DNA of 51,766 bases from Candidatus Aenigmatarchaeota archaeon (GTDB taxonomy: Archaea; Aenigmatarchaeota; Aenigmatarchaeia; Aenigmatarchaeales; Aenigmatarchaeaceae). This document shows positions 28,137-36,967 of this stretch, piece after piece. The stretch is from NCBI GenBank assembly GCA_046760145.1, contig JBHIDO010000003.1, positions 1 to 51,766 of the forward strand. Direction: 5' to 3'. A program made the translations under genes and the position numbers. Position 1 is the first letter of the stretch, and each line of letters opens with the position of its first letter. The notes beneath the pieces are model-generated. The model had not been told where the DNA came from. It ran no database searches and was given only the letters and a program-made list of their open reading frames with translations.

Positions 28137-28140
28137 TTCA

Positions 28141-28305
28141 TCACGGTCCCTCAAATCCGCATTTCTCACAAACATATTTATTAGAAAGTTTCTTACATTT
28201 TCTACATCTTATTATAACAGTTTCTCCACATTCTGGACAATCAAATTTAACAAAATCCTCTTGTCCTGTTACATTTATTCCACATGTAGAGCATATTAAT
28301 TTCAT
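28141..28305 (-). CDS. Zinc-ribbon protein (DUF1610/HVO_2753 family)
   Basis: Manual translation MKLICSTCG...FDCPECGE...RCRKCKK...YVCEKCGFEGP; usual neighbour of aEF-1beta. Confidence 0.9.
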   Translation of the reverse strand: MKLICSTCGINVTGQEDFVKFDCPECGETVIIRCRKCKKLSNKYVCEKCGFEGP

Positions 28306-28339
28306 TTTAATCATTTAAAGGATAATAATATTTAAATAT

Positions 28340-28413
28340 GCCCTCATGGTGCAACCTGGATAGCATATAAGGTCGCGAACCTTAAGATCTGAGTTCAAAT
28401 CTCAGTGGGGGCA
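28340..28413 (+). tRNA. tRNA-Arg(GCG), atypical C33
   Basis: Acceptor GCCCUCA/UGGGGGC, A20 in CCUGGAU, anticodon arm UAAGG-UCGCGAA-CCUUA, T loop UUCAAAU. Confidence 0.8.
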
Positions 28414-28561
28414 TCCCCACTTATTTCTAATCCCTTCAAACAGGGTTAATTCCTTCTTATGAACTGTTTTCCATCGAAATATATATCGTCAATTATCGGC
28501 TTAGTCCCACTCTCAAAGATTATATTCTGAATATTTAAGTTTATTCTGCCATATTTTAATT

Positions 28562-29170
28562 ATGAAAAAAGCTCTGTTATTAATCTCATTAATTGCTGTT
28601 GTTTTAGTTTCTATGTGTGCTCAAAATCCTACAGGACAATTCTTCAGAACTGCAAATGTAAATTTGATATACGAAAGTTATGATAAAATTGTGGATTTAT
28701 CTACAATGTCTCAAAATATTAATAAAGAAATTATAGACATGGATAAGAACTTATTTAAAGTATGGAATGAAAAAGAACCTTTCAATACGACAAATCTGAA
28801 ATTATTATTAGATGAAGAAGAAAAGAAAGCAAAAGAACTTCAAGAAATAATTTATGAAGAAAGTGATGTAATATCAAACTTTTCCGGTTCTACTACTTTG
28901 TTAACTGGTGATGCAAAGAAATATGCTGATGAAATCATTTATAATGTAAGGGAGTCTCAAAAATATTCGGAAAATGCGGTAAGTGATTTATTAAATGCAA
29001 TACGTTATAGAAAACTTTATTTAGATTCTTATGATAAAGGTCTTCCAGATAAATCATTAATAGAGAAATCTGATAGTTCAATAAAATCTTATGATGATAA
29101 TATATTAAAACAAAGAGAATTTATGAGTAAAGCAAGTGATGCAAGTGCAAGGATGTTTGCTATTTTGTGA
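28562..29170 (+). CDS. Helical lipoprotein/secreted protein
   Basis: Lipobox-like LVSMC, coiled-coil body. Confidence 0.65.
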   Translation: MKKALLLISLIAVVLVSMCAQNPTGQFFRTANVNLIYESYDKIVDLSTMSQNINKEIIDMDKNLFKVWNEKEPFNTTNLKLLLDEEEKKAKELQEIIYEESDVISNFSGSTTLLTGDAKKYADEIIYNVRESQKYSENAVSDLLNAIRYRKLYLDSYDKGLPDKSLIEKSDSSIKSYDDNILKQREFMSKASDASARMFAIL

Positions 29171-29187
29171 TTAAATGAAAAAATAAT

Positions 29188-29478
29188 TTATTTCTTATAA
29201 TCATATCCTTTTTTAACCCAGTCTACCCATTCTTTTTTAAATTTGCGAAGTTTCATAAATGCATCAATAATTATGATAGCTATTAATATACTTATCACAA
29301 AAATGAGAATATCACGAATCAGGGGATAATCTTTGAGAAGAGCTGTTTGTATTAATACGAGAACTATTATAACACTTGTAAGCATGATATTTGTTTCTAT
29401 TTGAAGAGCATCTTTTACTACTTCATATGGTTTTGGAGCTCGTGATAAATCTTTCTTTCTTCTTTTATTAGATTTCAT
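29188..29478 (-). CDS. Two-TM hypothetical protein
   Basis: Two hydrophobic segments. Confidence 0.55.
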   Translation of the reverse strand: MKSNKRRKKDLSRAPKPYEVVKDALQIETNIMLTSVIIVLVLIQTALLKDYPLIRDILIFVISILIAIIIIDAFMKLRKFKKEWVDWVKKGYDYKK

Positions 29479-29479
29479 G

Positions 29480-30157
29480 TCAACCCAAACTTCTATCTTT
29501 AAGTCCTATGTCAAATCTCTCACATTCAAAATAACCTCTACCAGAACAACTTGCACATTCTTCTAATAATTCTTCATCAACCAAACGACTTTCGACATTG
29601 ATATTACCGATATCAATATCTCTCTTTAAGACTCTTTCTACATTTTCTGTATTCTCTAATTTTATGTAAATTGGGTTGTCAATTATCTTTGTTGTATCAA
29701 ATCCTTTTATTTCGAATTTATCATTTGAAAGCCATTCACCCAATTTTTTAGGATAAACTTCTCCAAGTCTATGAAATACTCGTATGCGTATCCTTGCTGT
29801 TGTTCCAAAACTATCATTTGTTACACTTACATTGTTAATTCTTAGTTTATATGATTCGCCTTCTTTTTCTAAATTATAACTTGGTGAGACTCTTGGTTTT
29901 GATTTTAAATATCCATCTGAACAATTACCACATTTTCTTTTACCGCTTCCCTTACATCTAGAACATAACATAAAATTAGAAAAATCCTTTGCGAATGTTA
30001 TAGCAAAAATTCCTAACATAATCCAAAAACCTATACTAATTCCAGTAGTTGCAACAGCTAAAGCTAATGCTGTCATTATTGCAATTCTTAAATCATCAAT
30101 CGATACCATAATTCTATAATATTGCTTAGTATTTTTAAGCCTATTTAATTTTATCAT
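29480..30157 (-). CDS. Membrane protein with DnaJ-type CxxCxGxG zinc-finger repeats
   Basis: CSRCKGSG, CGNCSDG, CASCSGRG after an N-terminal TM hairpin. Confidence 0.65.
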   Translation of the reverse strand: MIKLNRLKNTKQYYRIMVSIDDLRIAIMTALALAVATTGISIGFWIMLGIFAITFAKDFSNFMLCSRCKGSGKRKCGNCSDGYLKSKPRVSPSYNLEKEGESYKLRINNVSVTNDSFGTTARIRIRVFHRLGEVYPKKLGEWLSNDKFEIKGFDTTKIIDNPIYIKLENTENVERVLKRDIDIGNINVESRLVDEELLEECASCSGRGYFECERFDIGLKDRSLG

Positions 30158-30214
30158 TTAATGATTTTAGGGGTTTCAATTAAGCTTTTAAGTTTCTTAA
30201 AAAAATTATAACAT

Positions 30215-30484
30215 ATGAAAAAAAGGAGAGATAATAAAGAGCCTAAATGGAGTATTATGGGTGCATCAGAAATAAAACTTACAAAAAAACAATGGGAATG
30301 GCTTGAGAAAAAGTTTGGAGAAAAAGATGAGCCATTTAAGAAAAAAGGAAAGAAGTGGAAGAGACTTAATAAAAAAGAAGAAGCACAATTAAGAAAAGAA
30401 TTAGATATTATAAAGGAAAGATTAAAGAAGCTAATTAAAAAAGAAGAAGATAAAAAAGCTATTGATGATTTTTTCAGAATTTAA
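30215..30484 (+). CDS. Basic hypothetical protein
   Basis: Lys-rich 89-aa ORF. Confidence 0.5.
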   Translation: MKKRRDNKEPKWSIMGASEIKLTKKQWEWLEKKFGEKDEPFKKKGKKWKRLNKKEEAQLRKELDIIKERLKKLIKKEEDKKAIDDFFRI

Positions 30485-30639
30485 GATACCAATTTTTTTA
30501 TTGAATATGATTTCTGAATTGTTTTTTAATTTCTTAAAAAAACTTTATATAATAAGAAAAAGAGATTAGAAATAAATGAGTTTGCTCAGTGGAGGCATCA
30601 ATCATTAACCTTATATATAGAACCCATTAAACTGATTCC

Positions 30640-31179
30640 ATGGTTGATATATTGGTGGAGTTTATATTTTCATTCTGGATATTATTTCCAGCTTATGCAG
30701 CAAATGTTTTTCCTCCATTAGCTAAAGGAAAACATCCTATTGATTTTGGTAAAAAACTAAATAAACATAGGATTTTAGGTAATGGAAAAACATTCGAAGG
30801 ATTTGCTTTGGGTTTATTTTCAGGATTTTTAGTAGGAGCATTGGAAAGTTACTTGTATCCTAGTTTTAATATATATTCAATGCAATTTGGATTTGAACTT
30901 CCTTTTATGAGTCTGTCTGTTGGTTTTATGATAGCTTTGGGAGCATTGGTTGGAGATTTAATAGGAAGTTTTATTAAAAGAAGATTAGGAATGAAAAGAG
31001 GCGAAAATGCCTTTTTGTTGGATCAACTAGATTTTGTAATATTTGCTATATTATTTGCCTATATGTTTACTCAAATAAGTATCTGGATGATACTAATTAT
31101 GTTAATAATTACTCCTATTATTCATAGGTTATCATGCATGATAGGATATAAACTAAGAATAAAGAGGGAACCATGGTGA
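30640..31179 (+). CDS. carS: CDP-archaeol synthase
   Basis: PAYAAN, PIDFG, LGNGKTFEG, GDLIGSFIKRR, LDQLDF, KREPW. Confidence 0.93.
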   Translation: MVDILVEFIFSFWILFPAYAANVFPPLAKGKHPIDFGKKLNKHRILGNGKTFEGFALGLFSGFLVGALESYLYPSFNIYSMQFGFELPFMSLSVGFMIALGALVGDLIGSFIKRRLGMKRGENAFLLDQLDFVIFAILFAYMFTQISIWMILIMLIITPIIHRLSCMIGYKLRIKREPW

Positions 31180-31742
31180 AAATAGATTTTACAAGGGTAT
31201 TATCCGCAGCATTAGCCTCTTCAGCTATGGCTATTTACGTAACCTTTATATTTTCATTGTTTTCAGAAATAAGCAAAGTAGAAGCAATATACAGTATTAT
31301 AATAGGAATTGTATTCTTATTGGTAATGCCATTTCTACCATTATATTATTATAAGGAATATGGCTACACAGATTGGGATGTTACAGATAGAAAAAAGAGA
31401 CCAAAATTATATGGTTTCAAGATTTTAGGTGGTTTTATTGCTACAATTTTATTTTATTTAATAAATAATATGTTGATGTTTAAATATTCTTTGATTTTTT
31501 CTATTGTAATGATATTTTTGTTGTTAATAAATTATTACTCAAAGATTAGTTTACATTCAGCTGGAGTAACCATGGGAACATTATCTCTTTATCTTGTTTA
31601 TGGTGGCTATTCAATAATATCTTTGATTCTAATACCAGTTGTATGTTTAATAAGATTAAAAATGAAAGCACATAGTATAATCCAATTAATAGCAGGAATT
31701 TTAGTTTCTGGAATAATAACATTTATAATCTATAGCATCTAA
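31173..31742 (+). CDS. Membrane protein, PAP2-like
   Basis: KISLH and R....H...Q...G motifs within TM helices. Confidence 0.6.
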   Translation: MVKIDFTRVLSAALASSAMAIYVTFIFSLFSEISKVEAIYSIIIGIVFLLVMPFLPLYYYKEYGYTDWDVTDRKKRPKLYGFKILGGFIATILFYLINNMLMFKYSLIFSIVMIFLLLINYYSKISLHSAGVTMGTLSLYLVYGGYSIISLILIPVVCLIRLKMKAHSIIQLIAGILVSGIITFIIYSI

Positions 31743-31750
31743 GTAAATGC

Positions 31751-32221
31751 ATGACCATAATATCCTTTATATATGAATTTGGACTTTTAGGATTATTTTT
31801 AATTACAATGTTTTCTGCGACAATAGTTCCTTTCCCACCAGAGCCAGCAATCTTTCTATCAACAAGTATTTATGACCCTATTTTGGTATTTATTATTGCC
31901 CTAATTGGAGGGATTTGTGGTGCAACAATTAATTATTACATTGGTCTGAAAGGGATTCATAGTTTTCTAGTGAAGCGTTCTCCTAAAAAAGAGAAAAAAG
32001 CTCAGAAATGGTTTAATAAATGGGGTCAATGGATTATTATGCTTGTTCCATTTATTCCGTTTTTAGGAGATCCGCTAACATTAGTTGCTGGAACTTTAAG
32101 TATGAACCTAAAGAAATTCTATATCTTTTACTTGATAGGAATATCAATAAAATTAACAATTCTTATTTATTCAGGAGAAATTTTATTCAATTATTTAGCA
32201 TCTATGGGAATAATTTTTTAA
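31751..32221 (+). CDS. DedA/YqaA (VTT domain) membrane protein
   Basis: SATIVPFPPE, GATINYYIG, PFLGDPL. Confidence 0.85.
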   Translation: MTIISFIYEFGLLGLFLITMFSATIVPFPPEPAIFLSTSIYDPILVFIIALIGGICGATINYYIGLKGIHSFLVKRSPKKEKKAQKWFNKWGQWIIMLVPFIPFLGDPLTLVAGTLSMNLKKFYIFYLIGISIKLTILIYSGEILFNYLASMGIIF

Positions 32222-32754
32222 AATATTTTTTGTTTATAATACATTCTAATAACAATTAATATAGAAATTAATGATAAAATTGTTGTTATTAATGCTAAAA
32301 TATATATCATATCAAGATAATTTTCAGGACCTATTAAAATAAAAAATAAGATAATTACAATAACTATCATTTGAGAAGCTGCTTTAGATTTTCCCCATAT
32401 GTTTGCATCAATTATTTTCCCATAAGATGCTGCAAAACTTCTTATTCCTGATATTATGAATTCTCTAGAAATAATAATAATAGTCATCCATGCAGGAACC
32501 AAACCTAATTCTGTAAAAACAATAAATAAGGCTCCAACAAGTATTTTATCAGCAATAGGATCCATATAATTTCCAAACTTTGTTTTCAGCTTTCTTTTTT
32601 TAGCTATTATTCCATCTAATATGTCAGTTATTACTGCTATAATAAATAATACCAATGCAAAAAGTCTCGTATAAAAATTATCTATATACAGAAAAAATAA
32701 GATAAATGGAATTAAAATTATCCTTAATAATGTTAGTTTATTAGGTAAATTCAT
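32218..32754 (-). CDS. pgsA: CDP-alcohol phosphatidyltransferase, bacterial PgsA-like
   Basis: MNLPNKLTLLR; D..DG..A......FG..MDPIADK signature. Confidence 0.88.
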   Translation of the reverse strand: MNLPNKLTLLRIILIPFILFFLYIDNFYTRLFALVLFIIAVITDILDGIIAKKRKLKTKFGNYMDPIADKILVGALFIVFTELGLVPAWMTIIIISREFIISGIRSFAASYGKIIDANIWGKSKAASQMIVIVIILFFILIGPENYLDMIYILALITTILSLISILIVIRMYYKQKIF

Positions 32755-32809
32755 TGTATCTTAATTCGAAAAATTCAAATATAAATATCTTTCCTTTAAT
32801 ACTCTAAGC

Positions 32810-33973
32810 ATGATTAAGAGATTATCAATCTTAGGATCAACTGGTTCAGTGGGTGATCAAGTTTTAGAAGTAATTGATCAAAATCCAGATAAATATAAAA
32901 TTGATGTTTTATCTTGTTATGGACGTAATCTAGAAAAATTCAAAGAACAAATAGAAAAATACGAACCAGAAATGGTTCATGTTTATAATGAAGGTGCTTC
33001 TAAAGAATTAAAAACAATGTTAAGAAAGAATCATATTGGAATAGAAGTTCTTTCTGGAGAAGAAGGACTAATAGAAGCTGCTATTTATCCTAGCGCTGAT
33101 GGTGTTATTACAAGTTTAACTGGATCAATAGGAATAAAACCTACTTATGAAGCAATTAAAAATAATAAAACAATTTATCTTGCAAATAAAGAAAGTCTAG
33201 TTGTTGCTGGAGAAATTATAACAAAAGAATCTGATAAAAGAGGTGTAGATATTATTCCTTTAGATGATGAACCAGCTGGAATTTATCAAATATTAGGCGG
33301 AAGAAGTAAAGAATATACAAGTAATGTGGAAAAAATTTTATTGAGTTGCTCTGGTGGACCATTTAGAGGAAAAACAAAAAAAGAATTAAAAGATGTTACA
33401 GTTGAAGAAGCTCTTAATCATCCAAAGTTTAGAATGGGTCCTAAAATATCCATGGAATCAGCTTTATTATTAAACAAAGCACATGAAGTGATTTCAATAT
33501 ATTATTTATTTGAATTAGATAGTCCGGAAAAAATTGAAACATTTGTACATCCAGAAGCAATAATCCATGCAGGTGTACGATACATAGATGGAACTGAACA
33601 ATATAGTGCTTGGTTACCATCAACAAAATATGCAATAGCATGGGCATTAAGTCCTGAAAGATTTGAAAATGATTTTGAAAGAGTAGATTTATTTAAAGAA
33701 AAAAAATTAACATTTGAAAAACCAGATTTAGAAATCTTCCCTTGCTTACAATATGGTTATGAATCATTAAAAATTGGAGGAAGCATGCCTGCAGCATTTT
33801 ACTATGCAGGTGATATTGCAACTGATTTATTTTTGGATGGGAAAGTAAAATTCCTAGGTATACCAAAAATAATTAAGAAAATACTTGATAATTATAAACC
33901 AATTGAAAAACCTACTTTAGATTATTTGTTAAATCTTGAAAATAAAATCAAAGATATTTATAAGAAGCTATAA
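32810..33973 (+). CDS. dxr: DXP reductoisomerase homolog with divergent active site
   Basis: ILGSTGSVG, LANKESLV, SGGPFR, HPxxxMGPKIS, FPCL motifs. Confidence 0.8.
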   Translation: MIKRLSILGSTGSVGDQVLEVIDQNPDKYKIDVLSCYGRNLEKFKEQIEKYEPEMVHVYNEGASKELKTMLRKNHIGIEVLSGEEGLIEAAIYPSADGVITSLTGSIGIKPTYEAIKNNKTIYLANKESLVVAGEIITKESDKRGVDIIPLDDEPAGIYQILGGRSKEYTSNVEKILLSCSGGPFRGKTKKELKDVTVEEALNHPKFRMGPKISMESALLLNKAHEVISIYYLFELDSPEKIETFVHPEAIIHAGVRYIDGTEQYSAWLPSTKYAIAWALSPERFENDFERVDLFKEKKLTFEKPDLEIFPCLQYGYESLKIGGSMPAAFYYAGDIATDLFLDGKVKFLGIPKIIKKILDNYKPIEKPTLDYLLNLENKIKDIYKKL

Positions 33974-33981
33974 TTTATTTT

Positions 33982-34314
33982 ATGAAACAAGCCATAATTG
34001 TAAGAACTGACCTTAGAATGGGTAAAGGTAAAATAGCCTCACAAGTTGCTCATGCATCTATTGCTTCTTTTTTAAAATCAAGATATAAAAAAAGATGGAT
34101 AGATGAAGGTATGAAGAAAATAATTCTTAAGGTTTCTAGTTTAAGAGAATTAAAGAGTTTACATAAACAAGCTAAAAAAGAAAAATTACCATGTGAATTA
34201 ATAAGAGATATGGGATTAACTCAAATTAAACCTGGTTCTATAACTTGTTTAGGGATTGGGCCTGCAAGTGATAAAAAAATTGACAAAATTACTAGTAAAT
34301 TAAGGTTGTTATAA
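33982..34314 (+). CDS. pth2: Peptidyl-tRNA hydrolase 2
   Basis: KQAIIVRTDLRMGKGKIASQVAHA, D.G.TQI..G..T.LGIGP. Confidence 0.95.
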   Translation: MKQAIIVRTDLRMGKGKIASQVAHASIASFLKSRYKKRWIDEGMKKIILKVSSLRELKSLHKQAKKEKLPCELIRDMGLTQIKPGSITCLGIGPASDKKIDKITSKLRLL

Positions 34315-35090
34315 TGGATTGGTTTGCTGAAAAATTCCTAAACCCTTTGTGTCATTATTACACTTTAGAAGCAACTTTAGTTTATGGAATAATATTAATT
34401 GCAATTGCATATGGAACATATAAATTGCTTAAATATCTAAAAATTAAAGTTGATAAAAAATTCTTTATAGCAATTTTGCCTTTCATAATATATGGTGGTT
34501 GGACCCGTGCCTTAAGAGATCATAACTTAGGAATATATACAGGAAAATTATTTTGCTCACCACCAATTTATTTTTTCATATTTACAATAACACTATTTTC
34601 TTTATTATTTGGATTATTTCTTCAAAAGAAATTTAAAATACAATATCATAAAACCATGTTAGTGATAGGAGCTTTGTTTTTAAGTTATAATTTAACATTA
34701 ACTTCTATAACAAATTTATTTTCATTTGGCTTCATTCTTATTTTAACTGGAATATGGGCTGCAATATTTTTTGGAATTCATTATATCAAACCTAAATTAC
34801 TTTCGTTAGAAAATTCAGGAATAATAACCTCTCATTTATTTGATGCAAGTTCTACTTTTACTGCATTAACATTTTTTGGATATTATGAACAACATGTATT
34901 ACCAAGCTTTTTAATTGATATGTTTGGCCCTTGGATAATGTTCCCATTGAAAATAATAGTTGTTTGGGTTGTTTTGTATGTTATAGATAAATCAAAAGAA
35001 GATCAATTCTTTAAGAATTATTTGAAAATAATAATATTAATTCTAGGTTTAGCATTAGGAATTAGAGACTTCTTAACAATTAGTTTATAA
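34314..35090 (+). CDS. DUF63 family membrane protein
   Basis: RALRD, HLFDASST, YYEQHV motifs. Confidence 0.8.
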   Translation: MDWFAEKFLNPLCHYYTLEATLVYGIILIAIAYGTYKLLKYLKIKVDKKFFIAILPFIIYGGWTRALRDHNLGIYTGKLFCSPPIYFFIFTITLFSLLFGLFLQKKFKIQYHKTMLVIGALFLSYNLTLTSITNLFSFGFILILTGIWAAIFFGIHYIKPKLLSLENSGIITSHLFDASSTFTALTFFGYYEQHVLPSFLIDMFGPWIMFPLKIIVVWVVLYVIDKSKEDQFFKNYLKIIILILGLALGIRDFLTISL

Positions 35091-36314
35091 TTACCAAGTT
35101 CTTTTCATGTTAAATAACTCTTGAAAAATAGATTTCATAAATATCAAAACTAAGAAACTACTATAAATTGTCATTAAAGGATATAATAATAATTTTTTCT
35201 TTGAGTCATTGGTTAATTTTATTGAAATTATCATATTAATAATTCCTAAAGAAGTTAAAAATAATGTGAATAAAAAAACTAAAGTGAAATAATCAAAATT
35301 TAATGATAATATGTTCATTAGCCAAATTTTTAATTTTAATAAGATTTCTGGAAGAGAAAAATAAATAAATTCTTGAATAATTTTAAATATTACAACTCCA
35401 AAAACAAATAATTGTAATAACATACCTAATATTTCAAGGGACCAAACAAAGGTTACAGCTCCAAATTTTGTTGAAAACATGTCTAAATGTTTTCTTAACA
35501 CTTGTAACCCTCCTCTATACCACCTTGTTCTTTGCCTGATAAATGATGATAAATTACTAGGAGCTCTTATCCATCCTAGTGCATATTTATCACATTTAAC
35601 TTTGTAGCCTGCCTTATGAATTTTTAATGTCATATCATAGTCTTCTATTAAAGTATCATCATCAAAACCACCAACCTTTATCAGAACTTCTTTTTTATAA
35701 GCTGCTACAGCTCCTGGAACAACCAATATAGAATCTAACATTTCTTGTTGTTTTCTAACTAATGCAAATCCTAAATATTCTAAAGACTGTATCTTTTCAA
35801 GCAAAAAATTTGGAATATCTTTCCATGAAAAAGTATTCTTTGATTTATATATTCCTGCTACAGCTCCAACTCTTTCATCTTTAAAGTGTTGAGATAATAA
35901 TTTTAAAGCATTTGATTCTAATTCAGTGTCTGCGTCTAATGTTACAATTATTTCACCTTTTGCTTTAGAAAGACCTTTATTTAGTGCAAAAACTTTTCCC
36001 TTATTTGGTTTATATTTTATTAACTTTACAGGAAATTTTTTAACAATTTCAGAAGTCTTATCTGTTGAACCATCATCAACAACAATTACTTCCATCTTTT
36101 TCTTAGGATAATTAGACTTGAAAATAGAATTTAAAGTGTTTTTTATGTTTTTTTCTTCATTGTATGCTGCTATTATTACACTTAAAAAAGGAAAGTAATT
36201 TTTAAATTCAGGTTTTTTGTTTATTTTCTTTCTAAAAATTATATATAGTGTCAACCAAAAAATTGCAACTGCTAAAATTATAATTGCTATAGGTAAAATA
36301 AAATTGTAAATCAT
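35091..36314 (-). CDS. GT2 glycosyltransferase (processive type)
   Basis: AYNEE, DDGSTD, DAD, ED and QRTRW motifs. Confidence 0.92.
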   Translation of the reverse strand: MIYNFILPIAIIILAVAIFWLTLYIIFRKKINKKPEFKNYFPFLSVIIAAYNEEKNIKNTLNSIFKSNYPKKKMEVIVVDDGSTDKTSEIVKKFPVKLIKYKPNKGKVFALNKGLSKAKGEIIVTLDADTELESNALKLLSQHFKDERVGAVAGIYKSKNTFSWKDIPNFLLEKIQSLEYLGFALVRKQQEMLDSILVVPGAVAAYKKEVLIKVGGFDDDTLIEDYDMTLKIHKAGYKVKCDKYALGWIRAPSNLSSFIRQRTRWYRGGLQVLRKHLDMFSTKFGAVTFVWSLEILGMLLQLFVFGVVIFKIIQEFIYFSLPEILLKLKIWLMNILSLNFDYFTLVFLFTLFLTSLGIINMIISIKLTNDSKKKLLLYPLMTIYSSFLVLIFMKSIFQELFNMKRTW

Positions 36315-36350
36315 TTTATCACTAAAAATATATTTTTCCTACCATATAAG

Positions 36351-36899
36351 TTATTCCATCAAAGTTAATAACAATTTATCAGCAGCTAAATCTAAGTCAG
36401 TATATTTTCTATCTATTTCTTCAAAACTTAAACCTTCTACTGTTATTACATAATCTTTAACTGTAATAGCAGTTTGATTTGCATGAGAAGGGCCTAATAA
36501 TAATATAATAGGTATGTGTCTAACTGAAACATTATAAGGTTCTTCTGTATTGTTAATAGAGTAAGAACTTACTGGTTTAGCTTTTCTAAAATAATACTTA
36601 TTTATAATTGTCAATTTATATGCTAATTCATATGATGTTACATAATAAAAAGGATTTTCTGATTCATTTGAAATATATGCAATTCCTATTTTTCTAACAT
36701 ATTGATCTAGTAAAACATCTTTTAAAGCTTGTTCATTTGGATAAACAGGAATTTTTTTAGCTTCATTTAAATTAGAACGAAAATGAAGGGTAACATTAGC
36801 AAATTTAACCGTGTAAGGATTTATCATAACATAATTAGTAGTGCTTGCAATACAACCACTAATCACTACTACTAATAACATTGTTAATAATTTTTTCAT
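36351..36899 (-). CDS. Hypothetical lipoprotein
   Basis: Lipobox ISGC. Confidence 0.7.
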   Translation of the reverse strand: MKKLLTMLLVVVISGCIASTTNYVMINPYTVKFANVTLHFRSNLNEAKKIPVYPNEQALKDVLLDQYVRKIGIAYISNESENPFYYVTSYELAYKLTIINKYYFRKAKPVSSYSINNTEEPYNVSVRHIPIILLLGPSHANQTAITVKDYVITVEGLSFEEIDRKYTDLDLAADKLLLTLME

Positions 36900-36914
36900 A
36901 TACTTACCTCTGGT

Positions 36915-36944
36915 TTTATAAAATAAAAGAAAAAAAGGGGGAAC
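36915..36944 (-). terminator. U-rich terminator after the S-layer gene
   Basis: UUCCCCCUUUUUUUCUUUUAUUUU shortly after the stop codon. Confidence 0.5.
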
Positions 36945-36967
36945 TGAATTACTGGGTTTTGGGTGTT

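Larger units (their letters stand above)
28401..30599. mobile_element. Degenerate 2.2-kb island at the tRNA-Arg 3' end
   Basis: Direct repeat CTCAGTGG(G/A)GGCATC at 28401-28415 and 30585-30599; inverted repeat at 28421-28435 and 30561-30575 (14/15); orphan ORFs inside. Confidence 0.6.

Noticed and set aside
30275-30312. LTKKQWEW resembles FTKKQWEEW at the start of the giant protein
   Set aside because: Too short and compositionally biased to infer homology
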